A DNA stretch of 63,477 nt, the filler included, from Aduncisulcus paluster (Eukaryota): the NCBI GenBank assembly GCA_024181965.1. It is 7 parts of 7 records of this genome, joined end to end, with 100 filler letters (N's around TTAATTAATTAA, not from the genome) between each part and the next. Parts side by side here need not be neighbours in the genome. Positions count along the whole stretch, not along the records: positions 14,038 to 30,488 come from BQXS01009947.1; positions 30,589 to 41,870 come from BQXS01009948.1; 5 more parts are not named here. One strand, 5' to 3'. Of this stretch, positions 25,501 through 35,549 are shown in pieces (position 1 is the first letter of the stretch; each line of letters opens with the position of its first letter). The notes beneath the pieces are model-generated. The model worked only from the letters and a program-made list of their open reading frames with translations, was not told the origin of the DNA and did not search any database. Both the position numbers and the translations under genes were made by a program.

Positions 25501-27811
25501 TATTACCCATAAATAGTAGCAAATATGTATTATTCTGCTCTACAATCTGTTGATTGGGTTCATTACAAATCAGAGTCCATAGAATATCAGCCATATCGTC
25601 GTAGGATGAGATCTCTTCGAAAGGCCCATTCTCTTCATTATTCCATGTCAACTGAGCAAGAATGAAACACCAATCTTTCGAATGGGAACGAATTTGAATA
25701 AGTTGCATCAAATGTGGGGCTAAAATAGAAAATAATCTCTTTTTAGTTTCAGAATCATCAGAGCACGAGAGTTTTTTCACAAATTCCACGCATTCCATGA
25801 CTTTAGCAGCATTATATCTCTTGTTCCCAGGAAGATTCTTTGGAAGAGTGATTTGTTTCAATACATGTTCCAGAGTTTTGAAATTGACCCATAATTTGGG
25901 ATCAATTTTTTGAAGATTTGAGCAACAATGATGAAATTGGAATAATTTTGGATCTGATGTGAAAGATAGAGAATATTTAGAGTTTTCAATTGATTTTGGA
26001 ATAGATATATCACAATATAGCATGTCAATAGTTACAAATTTCGAACAAAATCTCTTCCGAAATTTCCTCAAATATGGTTCAAATCTTTCCTCAAAATCAA
26101 TAATTAGTTCGCGATTTGATTCCATGGAGTTAATGGTTCGAATAAGTTGTCGTTGAATAACTAAAAGAGCTTTGCAACATTGGACAACTTCATAATACTT
26201 TGATATCTCAGATAATTTTCTCACATCTTCAAAAATATTATCCAATGTGACAGCCAAATCCTCTCTACTTTCAGAATAAAGCCTTGATATTGCATCGCCC
26301 TGATCTGAACAGTTTGTAGCAGTTTCAATTAATCCTCCCCATTTGTGGAATCGAGGATAACAATTCATTATGAACACTGAAAAATCCTCATCTCTTCCTC
26401 CATTCATAACACACCATTCCATCTGTGAATCATATTTGGGAGATATTTGAGGCATAAAGTAATGAGAAAATGAGATAACTGATACGATATGAGACCAATA
26501 GGTAACACATTCGTCCTGAACAACTTTATCAATGAAAAGAGGGGGTGAATTGTGGGTTTTCTTGATTAAATCAAACCAACAACCAATAAAATCTATGATC
26601 TCAACAAAGTTTGATTGAATATTATTATCCACTTGTTTCGAAAAGCACCCAATACTTGCAAGGAGAAACTGATCATCACGTATGTCAAATCCAAATTTAT
26701 CCTGAATTCTCACACATATTTGGCTAAATATTGGAGTTAACACCTCAGAATTTGAGTGTTTTTGCGGATGATGTTCAGAACAGAGATTGAGGAGAGCATT
26801 CATCCAAAACAGATAAATATCTTGACTTGGATACTTCTCAAGCCATTTTATAATATGAGATTTGAAGGATATAATTGGAAACAATCTTGAGAATATTGGT
26901 TTAGTTGCAAGGAAATATATAGTTTGGCAAACATAATATGAAGATAATCCGGGAAGGTCCTCCTCAATCCCAAATTCCAGCATCATTTGAAGCAAAGGTG
27001 TTATCTTGGAGGCGAAAAATTCTGTTTTTGAATCCATTTCCGATACGATTGATGCAAAGATCTGCCAAATTGATTCATAAACCTTAGATCCCAAAACACT
27101 CTCAATATTGATCAGAAGATCGACAAATTTATCAATAAAATTGCTATCAGGGCCTAGATTCAGGAATTTTCTCTTCCCAGACGGTAGAAGTGACCTAATT
27201 CCAGCCAAACACTGACAGCATAATATGATCTCTGATTCATGTTCTTTGATCAGAGACTCAGTTTGATACGCCTGAATAACAGATAAAATAACATCATTGG
27301 GAAGAAAATCGTTGAGAAGAATTTGATTCGAAGAAGGTTGTAAATACTTCAACCGGTATTTCTCAAGAACACGGATAAGAACTGATGATATCTTGGGGAA
27401 AAGAGCAGATCTAAAGAATTTCATTGACATTTCTACATCAGATACAAAATAAACTAATGGGTTTGAGAGCCAATCAATTCTCTTTTCAAGCGGAATAATT
27501 GATTCGACTTGAATCATACGGTGGAAAAAGTTCTCGACTAAATCAACCAATAAGGACTCATAAAAACTGAAAGAATCCTTAAATTTCTTATTTCCACACT
27601 TAACGAACTCTGACAAACACTCAAAACACTTTGTAAATTGAATATTGGGGAGGATTTCGGGTTTGGAATATCTTTCAAAAATCGCTTTAATTCGAAGTTG
27701 ATTGTCAGAATAAATGGTTTTAACCCCAGAAAATGAAGAACATCTCTTAATCTGTCTAATTAAATCACTCAGTTCTGGAATAGAAAGGGGTTCACATTCT
27801 AGAATAGACAT
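22589..27811 (-). CDS. 1740-aa hypothetical helical-repeat protein with C-terminal membrane anchor
   Basis: Long uninterrupted ORF; hydrophobic tail ILSMMFFAAIAYLLLYYFG. Confidence 0.8.
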   Translation of the reverse strand: MSILECEPLSIPELSDLIRQIKRCSSFSGVKTIYSDNQLRIKAIFERYSKPEILPNIQFTKCFECLSEFVKCGNKKFKDSFSFYESLLVDLVENFFHRMIQVESIIPLEKRIDWLSNPLVYFVSDVEMSMKFFRSALFPKISSVLIRVLEKYRLKYLQPSSNQILLNDFLPNDVILSVIQAYQTESLIKEHESEIILCCQCLAGIRSLLPSGKRKFLNLGPDSNFIDKFVDLLINIESVLGSKVYESIWQIFASIVSEMDSKTEFFASKITPLLQMMLEFGIEEDLPGLSSYYVCQTIYFLATKPIFSRLFPIISFKSHIIKWLEKYPSQDIYLFWMNALLNLCSEHHPQKHSNSEVLTPIFSQICVRIQDKFGFDIRDDQFLLASIGCFSKQVDNNIQSNFVEIIDFIGCWFDLIKKTHNSPPLFIDKVVQDECVTYWSHIVSVISFSHYFMPQISPKYDSQMEWCVMNGGRDEDFSVFIMNCYPRFHKWGGLIETATNCSDQGDAISRLYSESREDLAVTLDNIFEDVRKLSEISKYYEVVQCCKALLVIQRQLIRTINSMESNRELIIDFEERFEPYLRKFRKRFCSKFVTIDMLYCDISIPKSIENSKYSLSFTSDPKLFQFHHCCSNLQKIDPKLWVNFKTLEHVLKQITLPKNLPGNKRYNAAKVMECVEFVKKLSCSDDSETKKRLFSILAPHLMQLIQIRSHSKDWCFILAQLTWNNEENGPFEEISSYDDMADILWTLICNEPNQQIVEQNNTYLLLFMGNISCNVTNASFIVDHLPFMMTQNGETYLRKQQPYPSLFSWLRDLVDIAGENDSRIWRYSCIYLICQLSSNSSIVSAFLESEFSMMEEFICDEFKLIANNSEHSDPSSLSMTRQRLNIGQMHVDLSSFYNHCFYSDSSSIVRELSWGQFVLDIRYLECIEETLSSCIVSSIYSEQKQSFLAKVYNVYQKYKDCLDEWIENIKSLPSYSIQTSDAIMVYVNSILFFSKYCQSIHGITLSQPVSTADSGSSIHDDVSQSPIITQAFSPLTFRDTIRWCRDSCSNSKISIYYAQYLSFCYPHISKTLLLPWTTILEELSKCTKNSECYTLFKSKMAVFVDVFDTYDTSDLIKAHSPLFELVFECLYKFISFMKQITSPVKPLPKHLDAPQDVDYIDFITTFLRPLARVEFVLHKDVDSRFLKISLRFLQSISPKSPSIGFINSLAINVLFDHFLGIFERNEVDLTDLLKILLKITKPNVVPLQSKDKLDKPTHLDHIFGIKRKVLELISPFIIQYVHKFKYENMLSSESLAPFSLWIKLLKNITTMEDEHENYSRSIPNIWKSFDLLSKIFSHAEFINNFVEIISLQNKNGTIDGVLEDVFSLFSNIRYIFPSWAPKIFSLLSTISTRTITEDDKSFVSSTALLKSDVDSMEIGQNLNLLDDWFLSIFKKCSNPKLKVRQIPKLELLIKFISDFSSIPACLPDIMLKYDKYILGLLGSSFGSSINFFISSYQRKLTASVASLTLVSLLHRLPLHQLIPSIEIDQVCEYKSSIFTLMKVVHLGSDMKYKSFYTNLLSTERKMKPFVEDTPGPCIVDVVPLLMQCSADVSYRTLNTLPLVEFCSPCYGIFHPECEVNRGRNLRALRQKSYDFIRRTGGCVEILFGEPASHHTSKLTHYPPIISPIDSTSNTCFVRSRDDLRIQNIVERIESESPLADNKRSVFSSGTRKFMEKWPVLKILSMMFFAAIAYLLLYYFG

Positions 27812-28591
27812 ATTATTTAACTAACACTAAAATAATAAAATAGGGATGATAGAGGAATATATATGATTGGTATTTGCTGAAATATACAAAATTTAAATTA
27901 AAATTTTCAAATGAATTAAATTAGGAAAAAAATTGTTAGGTCTAAGACAATTAATCAATTTTTTATCAAAATTCAAACTTTGTATGAGTTGTCGAATTGT
28001 AAACCAAGAAAGATCATAAGTTCGACTTCAAGTCGACTGAAAGTTTCAGTGAAGATGATGAAATAATACATTATTAATACAAAATCTACTAAATTTAAGA
28101 GTAATATAAATTATTAAATTATTTACTATTGCTTACCATCCTGGTAGGTGATGATCACTGAAGGTGCCACCAGTGGTGGATTTTATTTATGTGACGGCAA
28201 ACTCTGCTTTGTGCGAAAAGTAATAAACAAAGACTTCCTTTTGATAAGTGATATTTTGCTATCTAAATTTTTCTTTCAGAAAAACTTCAGTTTTTGGTTT
28301 AAAACAGAGGTCTCCAGACACGTCATACAGGCGGTCTGGGATCAGTTTCCAAAGTCTTCATTTCATAATCCTTGAGACAGCACAGCTCTCTGCGACATAA
28401 TGTACATCCAAGCCGGAACAGGAGTCTTTCTTTCCACCTCCTGCTCCTCTCACTCCTAGAGTCCCCAGGCGTGTTGAAATCAGATGCTTGCATTGCGATT
28501 CCATGAATGAATTTCAGAGAATAAGTGCCGACAGACGCAAGGGAATAAAAGAACATTGTCCTTCTTTGCAGAAAATATCAGTATTATCGGA

Positions 28592-29698
28592 TTATTTCCA
28601 TGGAAGTAGAGATAATCGTTCAGCTGCAATGGTTTCATCGGGCATAGTAAATACAAGGGAGTCGATCCAGAAACATCGACTATTCTTATTACACCACGTT
28701 CCTTTCCCTTCAATCTCACACAATACAACATTATCCAAATCAATAGGAAGGAAATGCCATTCGACTCCATGTTTAGGTTCTGTGAATTCATACTTCTTGA
28801 ATGTCTTCTTACCATCACAATCAGCAAAAGTGAAGAGAAGAGAGGGTGAACTATATTGTTTATCCACACAGATATAAGCACCTTTCATTGGACTAGGTGA
28901 TGGGAAAGGAATGGAAAGATGGGATAATTGGACATAATCTCCCCCTTTTAACATTTTTTGTGCTTCTGAACTCTGAACATACCACTTAGATTCCTTACTA
29001 AGCAAATCATTCTTGCACTTAACAATTGAGAATGAAGGATCCACAAGATGTGAATCATCACGTGCAATGGGAATAGAATCTCTACCACCTGCCTTAATAA
29101 ACTCTGGTTTAACAACTGGAGCTTCAGACCATAGTTTCTCTTTGGCTTCACGAGATGCGATTTCTTCAGGAGTTTCTTTTCTACTAATGAAAACGAGAGA
29201 ATGGATTCTAAAACACTCTTCATATCTTCCTTTCCCTGTAATCTCACACAGAACAACATCAGAGAGATCAACAGGGAGGAAATACCAACGCCAACCATCA
29301 AATTCAGGAAACTCGTATTTCTTGGATGTTTTCTCACCCTTTGAAGATGTGAGAGTGAAAATAAGATGTGATGTAGGTAAATAAACACCAAATAGACAGA
29401 TGTAAGCCCCTTTCATTGGGGAAGATGAAAAGAAAGGAATAGAGATATGGGTATATTGTCCAGCATTACCCCCTCCTTTCATCATCTCTCGTGCGCTAGA
29501 ACTCTGATCGTACCTATAACTATCTTCCTCAGTTCCATTAATTGCTTTGATAGTTGGAAACTTTGCACTCTTAATATTGGGGGCATCTCCAGGAATTGGA
29601 CAGCAACCCTCACTTCCTTTATGAATAAACACGGGTTCCACAGTTTGAATAACAGCGTCTGTGGATGAACTCATTTGTACACTTTCAGTTGAACCCAT
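28592..29698 (-). CDS. Lineage-specific protein with two tandem ~170-aa beta-rich repeats, possibly N-myristoylated
   Basis: Repeated unit SIPF..SPMKGAYIC...KKYEF...W.FLP.DL..VVLCEI.GKG; starts MGSTES. Confidence 0.85.
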   Translation of the reverse strand: MGSTESVQMSSSTDAVIQTVEPVFIHKGSEGCCPIPGDAPNIKSAKFPTIKAINGTEEDSYRYDQSSSAREMMKGGGNAGQYTHISIPFFSSSPMKGAYICLFGVYLPTSHLIFTLTSSKGEKTSKKYEFPEFDGWRWYFLPVDLSDVVLCEITGKGRYEECFRIHSLVFISRKETPEEIASREAKEKLWSEAPVVKPEFIKAGGRDSIPIARDDSHLVDPSFSIVKCKNDLLSKESKWYVQSSEAQKMLKGGDYVQLSHLSIPFPSPSPMKGAYICVDKQYSSPSLLFTFADCDGKKTFKKYEFTEPKHGVEWHFLPIDLDNVVLCEIEGKGTWCNKNSRCFWIDSLVFTMPDETIAAERLSLLPWK

Positions 29699-30390
29699 TT
29701 GAATAGAGCTAGAATTTCTTATCTAAAAAATAAAAAAACAAGCGGAACAATATTAGTATTTGTGGACAAACAGAATAATTGCGAATTTCAAGGAGAACAG
29801 TCCGAGAAACAAAGACAAAACTAACAAAACGAATAAGAAACGACCACACAGCGCAATATAGTGAGTATAATTGAATGAATCCGGTTAAAATATTTCTTAA
29901 TATACATTTAATAAAAGATGTGACATATATTAAACATAGAATTTGCTTGTACGACGAGAAAAATTGGACATCGGCGCTCAGCCGCCAACAGATTGAACAA
30001 GCAACTCTTCAATAGATGAGATTGGAAATTAAAAAAAATACATATAAACGAATTAAATGCTGGTAAATGATAAAAACATGTTTTATTTTCATTTCCATGC
30101 CATGGTGTTTATTCTCGATATCTCAGGCTTTTGGAGAACCCTCAGGACTGGATATAGTTCCATTTCACGTGTTAAGAACATTTATGAACGATTTCAATGC
30201 TATTCAATAACATGGATATATTTCCATTTCATTTCTATCCTTATCCTTGCCTTTCTGTTCATTTTCACTTGCTTTTGCTTACAATCAAAAATATCAAGAA
30301 CTCGGAATATGATGGTATACATGTGTCTGTATACTGCTACGAATCTAATCCCCTGATGCTTCATGGAACACGACATTTCCCCGTAGTCAA

Positions 30391-30426
30391 ATCCAACTCT
30401 AACTCCAACTCCAACTCTAACTCCAA
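30391..30426. repeat. Hexamer repeat (TCYAAC)n
   Basis: tccaactctaactccaactccaactctaactccaat. Confidence 0.85.
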
Positions 30427-30590
30427 TGCCAGCTCCTGATTATACGATACATTTAATCTGAGATTTGTGATCTGTGATCCTTGTCTTTNNNNNNNNNNNN
30501 NNNNNNNNNNNNNNNNNNNNNNNNNNNNNNNNTTAATTAATTAANNNNNNNNNNNNNNNNNNNNNNNNNNNNNNNNNNNNNNNNNNNNTG

Positions 30591-32063
30591 GATAAAATAT
30601 CTTCAGAGCGAGGACGACACCGAAGCCGTGGCCGAACAACATCGTCATCTCAATTCGGTGTGGAAGAGGCAGAAGAATCAGATAGTTTCGGTGCCAGTTT
30701 TACAACTGCCATGGATATAACTGGGCAAGACCAAAGTGGAGAGGAAGATGAGAATGATTCGTATGAACCGTCAGAATATTCGTTTTCAGCCGTTGATTAT
30801 GTCGGTGCCGATAGAGCTCCTGGTAGTCCTGAGGATGATGTAAAGATCATTGGAGGAAGGTATCGAAGGAGATCAAAGAGGAGAAGCACTGGTGAACATG
30901 GGATAGGTGACGGGATGGGACTTGAAGACGGAGAGGAAGATGAAGATGAAGGTAGTGGCTCTGATTCGTCGTCTACAGCCACGAGTGACTTCCACAGACA
31001 GAGATATGCTCCCGGAGTGCCAAAACGTTCTTCTACGTCGGGATCTTCTTCTTCCTCTTCCTCTAGGCGGTCAGGAAGATATCCTCAAGGTCATGTAATG
31101 TGTCACAATGGAGACAATACAGATCTTTTGCCCATTGCCTCAAAAAGTGATTTCAGGCAAATTCGCAAAAGCCATGGTTTCCTATATGATATCTTTGGTA
31201 ATGCCGCTGTGGCCTCAAAGAATGGAGGAATGAGTCACCAGCCCTTTGGAGTCGATATAAATGCCGAATATATGAAACACGTATGGGTTCCCCGTGAAAT
31301 GTTATCCAAATTAGGGCCCTCGTGGGGTGGTGGTGATCTTGAGAAATATGCTCCTCCACCGGGGAAACGGAGATCCAAGAGGACTCGTATGGGGCCTGTA
31401 TTTAGTAATTTGGGTGAGGAAATCATCTACCGTGGCGGTGTGATCTGTGGTGTCATCAAAGCTGTCCCCGTTGAGCATGTAAGACGGAAGAGAAGGAGGA
31501 AACCTACTAGAAACACTGACATGTTCCAGGATCCACCTGAAGGTGTCATAAAGCAACCTATGGGTCCATTCACTCGCACGATAACACACAGGCATTCTGG
31601 GCAACGAGAGAAGGTCGTTCTCGGTGTTTCTGGAAGAGACATTAACTTTACAGATATCCCTCAACTTCGGCATGCAAGGTGTCCCTTTAAATCGCACATA
31701 TACATCGCTACGTTATTAGACGATTCAAAGATCCACAAAGGATTCCTTCGGTTTGATCCCAGAGCTAGAAGTCGTCCGATGCGAGTTGAGGATTACCAAC
31801 AGATATGGGACATTCGCCAGGGGGAGTTGACGATTACGATTGATGGAAGAAGTATAAGAAACACTGGAGCTAATTCTTTCTTTATTTTAAAGCATGGAAT
31901 GCAGGTGCAAATTTCAAACCCTTCTGACAAAGTCTCTGTGGCAAGCTTTGAATTCACAAAGAGAGCTCCAATTCGAGGGTCATCAAGACACTCCATGGAT
32001 CAATCATCAGTATCAGCAGAGAGATTTACAACATCAGGAAGCCCCACCGGAACATACCGGTAA
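30591..32063 (+). CDS. CENPC: CENP-C/Mif2-like inner kinetochore protein, 5' partial
   Basis: CENP-C-motif-like RRSKRTRMGPVFSNLGEEIIY (31368-31430; cf. Mif2 RRSKRTRVAPLQYWRNEKIVY). C-terminal cupin-like segment IRQGELTITID...FFILKHGMQVQISN, preceded by a disordered region. Confidence 0.72.
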   Translation, partial: DKISSERGRHRSRGRTTSSSQFGVEEAEESDSFGASFTTAMDITGQDQSGEEDENDSYEPSEYSFSAVDYVGADRAPGSPEDDVKIIGGRYRRRSKRRSTGEHGIGDGMGLEDGEEDEDEGSGSDSSSTATSDFHRQRYAPGVPKRSSTSGSSSSSSSRRSGRYPQGHVMCHNGDNTDLLPIASKSDFRQIRKSHGFLYDIFGNAAVASKNGGMSHQPFGVDINAEYMKHVWVPREMLSKLGPSWGGGDLEKYAPPPGKRRSKRTRMGPVFSNLGEEIIYRGGVICGVIKAVPVEHVRRKRRRKPTRNTDMFQDPPEGVIKQPMGPFTRTITHRHSGQREKVVLGVSGRDINFTDIPQLRHARCPFKSHIYIATLLDDSKIHKGFLRFDPRARSRPMRVEDYQQIWDIRQGELTITIDGRSIRNTGANSFFILKHGMQVQISNPSDKVSVASFEFTKRAPIRGSSRHSMDQSSVSAERFTTSGSPTGTYR

Positions 32064-32270
32064 ATTACCGGTAATAATTTATAATAATTCATACTATTTA
32101 TAGATTCTATAATATAGAACACAACAATATATACACCTAACCATTCTCATTTAAATTTTCAAAATATCAGAATCGATCTCTGATAATCTGATCTATTATT
32201 AGGTCGCAATTTTTAATAACATTCAGAATATATGATAGATATTATATTACGAATATCTAATAAATTAATA

Positions 32271-32271
<1 letters not shown>

Positions 32272-32302
<31 letters not shown>
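32272..32302. repeat. (AT)n microsatellite
   Basis: Direct reading. Confidence 0.95.
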
Positions 32303-32306
<4 letters not shown>

Positions 32307-32502
32307 AAATATGATTTATAATTTTTCTCTTTCTCATTCTTCTTTGACATGGAGGGAATAATCACCCAAGAATGATTCACTTTGTAGATAATTTCGCCAT
32401 GATCATTCGAGAGGAAATAGGATGGAGTAATCCAGTTCTGTTACTTATTATTTGGAATATATAATTATTAATTTATCAGTAATGTTGGGGGGAAATACAA
32501 GC

Positions 32503-32926
32503 TTAGAACTGTTCATCAGGTCCGATTTCTTTTTTCTTTTTCATTTCCTTTCTCACTTCTTTTAAATCAACAATAACGACACATCCATCCATATGTTTTC
32601 CCATCACTACACATTCATGGCAATACAATGCCTTGTGGATGCCTTTAGCTCCACAAATAAGACATTTTCCCTTTGTTTCACTATTGGAGGCACAATAGTC
32701 GCATATTTTAACTTCTTCCTCTAAAAAGAAGTGTGAATCGCACAAAGGACACCTTCCATCACATTTATCACACAATAATCCAATTGTATCGCCAACCTGA
32801 CGACGACAAAATACCAAATCGGGATCTATGAAAGAATGAGTTAATAAGAGAAATAATTATGGATCAAGTCAAATATACAAACCCATTAATGTTAAAAAGA
32901 AAATACATACGATACCTGGCTGCCAT
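32503..32926 (-). CDS. PHF5A: PHF5A/Rds3 (SF3b subunit); exons 32926-32911 and 32825-32503
   Basis: Splicing the 85-nt intron 32910-32826 (GTATGT...TATTAAC...TAG) gives MAARYHPDLVFCRRQ..GLLCDKCDGRCPLCDS, the PHF5A N-terminus and Cys pattern. Confidence 0.95.
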
Positions 32927-33206
32927 ATTGCAAGAAAAACGAGGCTTCAAGCCCTCCTCTCTCAATAATTGATAAAATATTTTCAAATATAATAATATTA
33001 GTAAATATAACCATTATATGGTAAGAAAAAGAAAATATATATCAAATATTACAATAATTGGGCTAACTAAATGACTTTTTTGATAGGCACCGAAGGGGAG
33101 AATTATTTTCATAAATAAAATAGAAAAACGCTTATAATAAACATTAGATTTGAGTTTACTGGTATCATTGTCCTATCTTCCTCTTAGTTAAGCAAATAAT
33201 AAGTAA

Positions 33207-35549
33207 TCACAATTTACTGCCAACAAAATATAAATCATGTTTCCCGGTCCTTAATCTGTCAATATCTTTAACAGTTGATTCCATAGCTTTCTTCAACGCA
33301 TCAAGTTTTTTCTCCTCAGCTTCAAGTTGTTGGGTGAACAATTCTTTAAAATTTTCTGCTTTTCCTCTGAGCTCTGACACATCTTTTTCAAGGGATGCAT
33401 ACTTATTACTTTCCGAACAAAAGAGAGTCAAATCAATCTGTTGAGATTTTTGATATTCCAATTTCCTCCTTTTTTCTTCGATAGACTTTTCCTCTTGCCA
33501 CAATTCACGATATCTCTTCACAACTTTTCCGATGCGTCCGATTTTTTCCTTGATTAAACTCTTATCATCTCTAAACATAGAATTTACAACAGATAAGGAG
33601 CAAGAAGAAGAAGAGCAAGAAGAAGAAGAAGAAGAGGAAGAGCAAGATGAAGATGAAGAAGATTTTTGACGATATATCTTGTCTAACTTTTCTCCAAGAA
33701 GAGTCAAGTCCCCATCACAGGTGGGAATGTCGGGTTCGTCTTCACGGTCGTGTTGTTCATCAGCAGCATGGACATAATATTGAGCAAAATCTTCGATATA
33801 TTTTCTGATATCACGGACATATTCATGAAAAAGACGGAAATATTTCTTTTCGATTCTTCGTTTGATTCTGTTAAAGCTCTCAACCGCCATTGAACAACAA
33901 GAACAACAAGAACAATGGGAGTCACCAGAGTTAGAAGTTGAAATGAAGACATTGGGGAGACCAAGAATCAAAGAGGCTATTTTTAGATCCCTTGAGAAAT
34001 TAGGAGATGTTGAAGGACTGCCTCGCCCCGGAATATCTATCTCACCGAGAATATCCTCACCGTGTGCCAAAATACAACGAGTTCTTCTCCCCTTAGTCAT
34101 AGCAATATTAAGCCCAGCCGTAGGATCCATCACAACCAATGAACATCCCTTCTCCAGCACAATACTATCATCAAGAGAAGCAGTTTCCTCGAGAATCGAT
34201 ACAAATGCTGAATTGTCAATCTCTGCAGAACGAAGGACACCAGCTTTGATACAGGAGTAGAGATATTCGGTCTCCTTGGGCTTGATATGATGATGTTTTA
34301 AAGTAAAGAAATCCCGACATATCTGAGAAGGGGGTTTGAACGGACAAGCTAGAGTCTGAGAAGGATCTCCATGAGAATCGTCACGTACTAGATCCTCATA
34401 ATACATGGAAGATGGAGCTAACTTGCGACGGATAGTGGGAAGGGCTAAAGCAATCATAGGATTACTACTTTGAGGGTAGTACTCGGTTTCTTTCTTTTCC
34501 TCACGTTGGAATATATCATCGGTTTGTTTAACAACAATGGTATCTTCAGTCTCTTTCAGAACTTTGGCAAGCAACTGCTCGGGTGTTTTGATGGGGATTT
34601 GAGGTGGATTAATTCCATATCCGTTATGTAAAAGTCCAGTTTTAATGAAATTTAGAGGAAGAGAAGCACGGAGCTTCTCATTAGAGCTAAAAATAGAACA
34701 TGATACAACTCGAGGATAAACGATGAAAATATTCCTTGAAACTGAAGTAAAAGAGGCAATTGGACGTAAATATTTATGGGGAAACAATGTTTCATTCACA
34801 ATTTTCTTCAAATTGTTTTTAATTTGCCGGAAAATGGGAGAACGTTTACGAACATAAATTCCAAACAGATACTCGCTTTCATAGTACTCTTGCTCCGTGA
34901 TTGGGTGTTTTTTCGGTTTCATTCGGAGAATTTCGTGGATTTCGCCACCATCTGTTCTTGTAAACTTCGATATTGGGTCAATGAGCATGGTGATGCTGTT
35001 CAACGCCTGCGACACCGGAAGACTGTACTTTTGAAAGCGTGGGATTGCCTGAAATGCCGGAATTGCATCGACTAACCAAGCTTCTATGCATTCATTGAGA
35101 GAGGATTGCACTTTAGTGGGAGATTCTTCATCCTCATCGGCATAGATACAAGAATCGAAATAAGTATCGAAAGTTCTATAGGCAGAGAATGTACGGAGTA
35201 AATTTGATTGAATAATATCGTATTCATCAACAGTCTCTTGCATATCTTGATACCTTGCAAGAATTCCTTGAATCAGTTCGATGAGATCCAAGTATTCTCG
35301 CTTCCAATCATTGGATTCACAGTGCATGCTGATATGATCAACAGAACACATGGAGATAAATCTTGATTGCAAGGCTGGTAGCATGGAATACATCATATCT
35401 ATTTCAGGTTGGTATTCATCAATTATCTGGATAACATTTTCAATATCTGACTCTAAATCATCAATTTTTCTATCTATATCAGCTTTTAATTGGGAATATT
35501 TTGTAATTAAAGATGAGCAATGAAATGGGTCCTCAGAGGGTAAAGACAT
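33207..35549 (-). CDS. Hypothetical coiled-coil protein
   Basis: 780-aa ORF with heptad-rich termini. Confidence 0.75.
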   Translation of the reverse strand: MSLPSEDPFHCSSLITKYSQLKADIDRKIDDLESDIENVIQIIDEYQPEIDMMYSMLPALQSRFISMCSVDHISMHCESNDWKREYLDLIELIQGILARYQDMQETVDEYDIIQSNLLRTFSAYRTFDTYFDSCIYADEDEESPTKVQSSLNECIEAWLVDAIPAFQAIPRFQKYSLPVSQALNSITMLIDPISKFTRTDGGEIHEILRMKPKKHPITEQEYYESEYLFGIYVRKRSPIFRQIKNNLKKIVNETLFPHKYLRPIASFTSVSRNIFIVYPRVVSCSIFSSNEKLRASLPLNFIKTGLLHNGYGINPPQIPIKTPEQLLAKVLKETEDTIVVKQTDDIFQREEKKETEYYPQSSNPMIALALPTIRRKLAPSSMYYEDLVRDDSHGDPSQTLACPFKPPSQICRDFFTLKHHHIKPKETEYLYSCIKAGVLRSAEIDNSAFVSILEETASLDDSIVLEKGCSLVVMDPTAGLNIAMTKGRRTRCILAHGEDILGEIDIPGRGSPSTSPNFSRDLKIASLILGLPNVFISTSNSGDSHCSCCSCCSMAVESFNRIKRRIEKKYFRLFHEYVRDIRKYIEDFAQYYVHAADEQHDREDEPDIPTCDGDLTLLGEKLDKIYRQKSSSSSSCSSSSSSSSCSSSSCSLSVVNSMFRDDKSLIKEKIGRIGKVVKRYRELWQEEKSIEEKRRKLEYQKSQQIDLTLFCSESNKYASLEKDVSELRGKAENFKELFTQQLEAEEKKLDALKKAMESTVKDIDRLRTGKHDLYFVGSKL

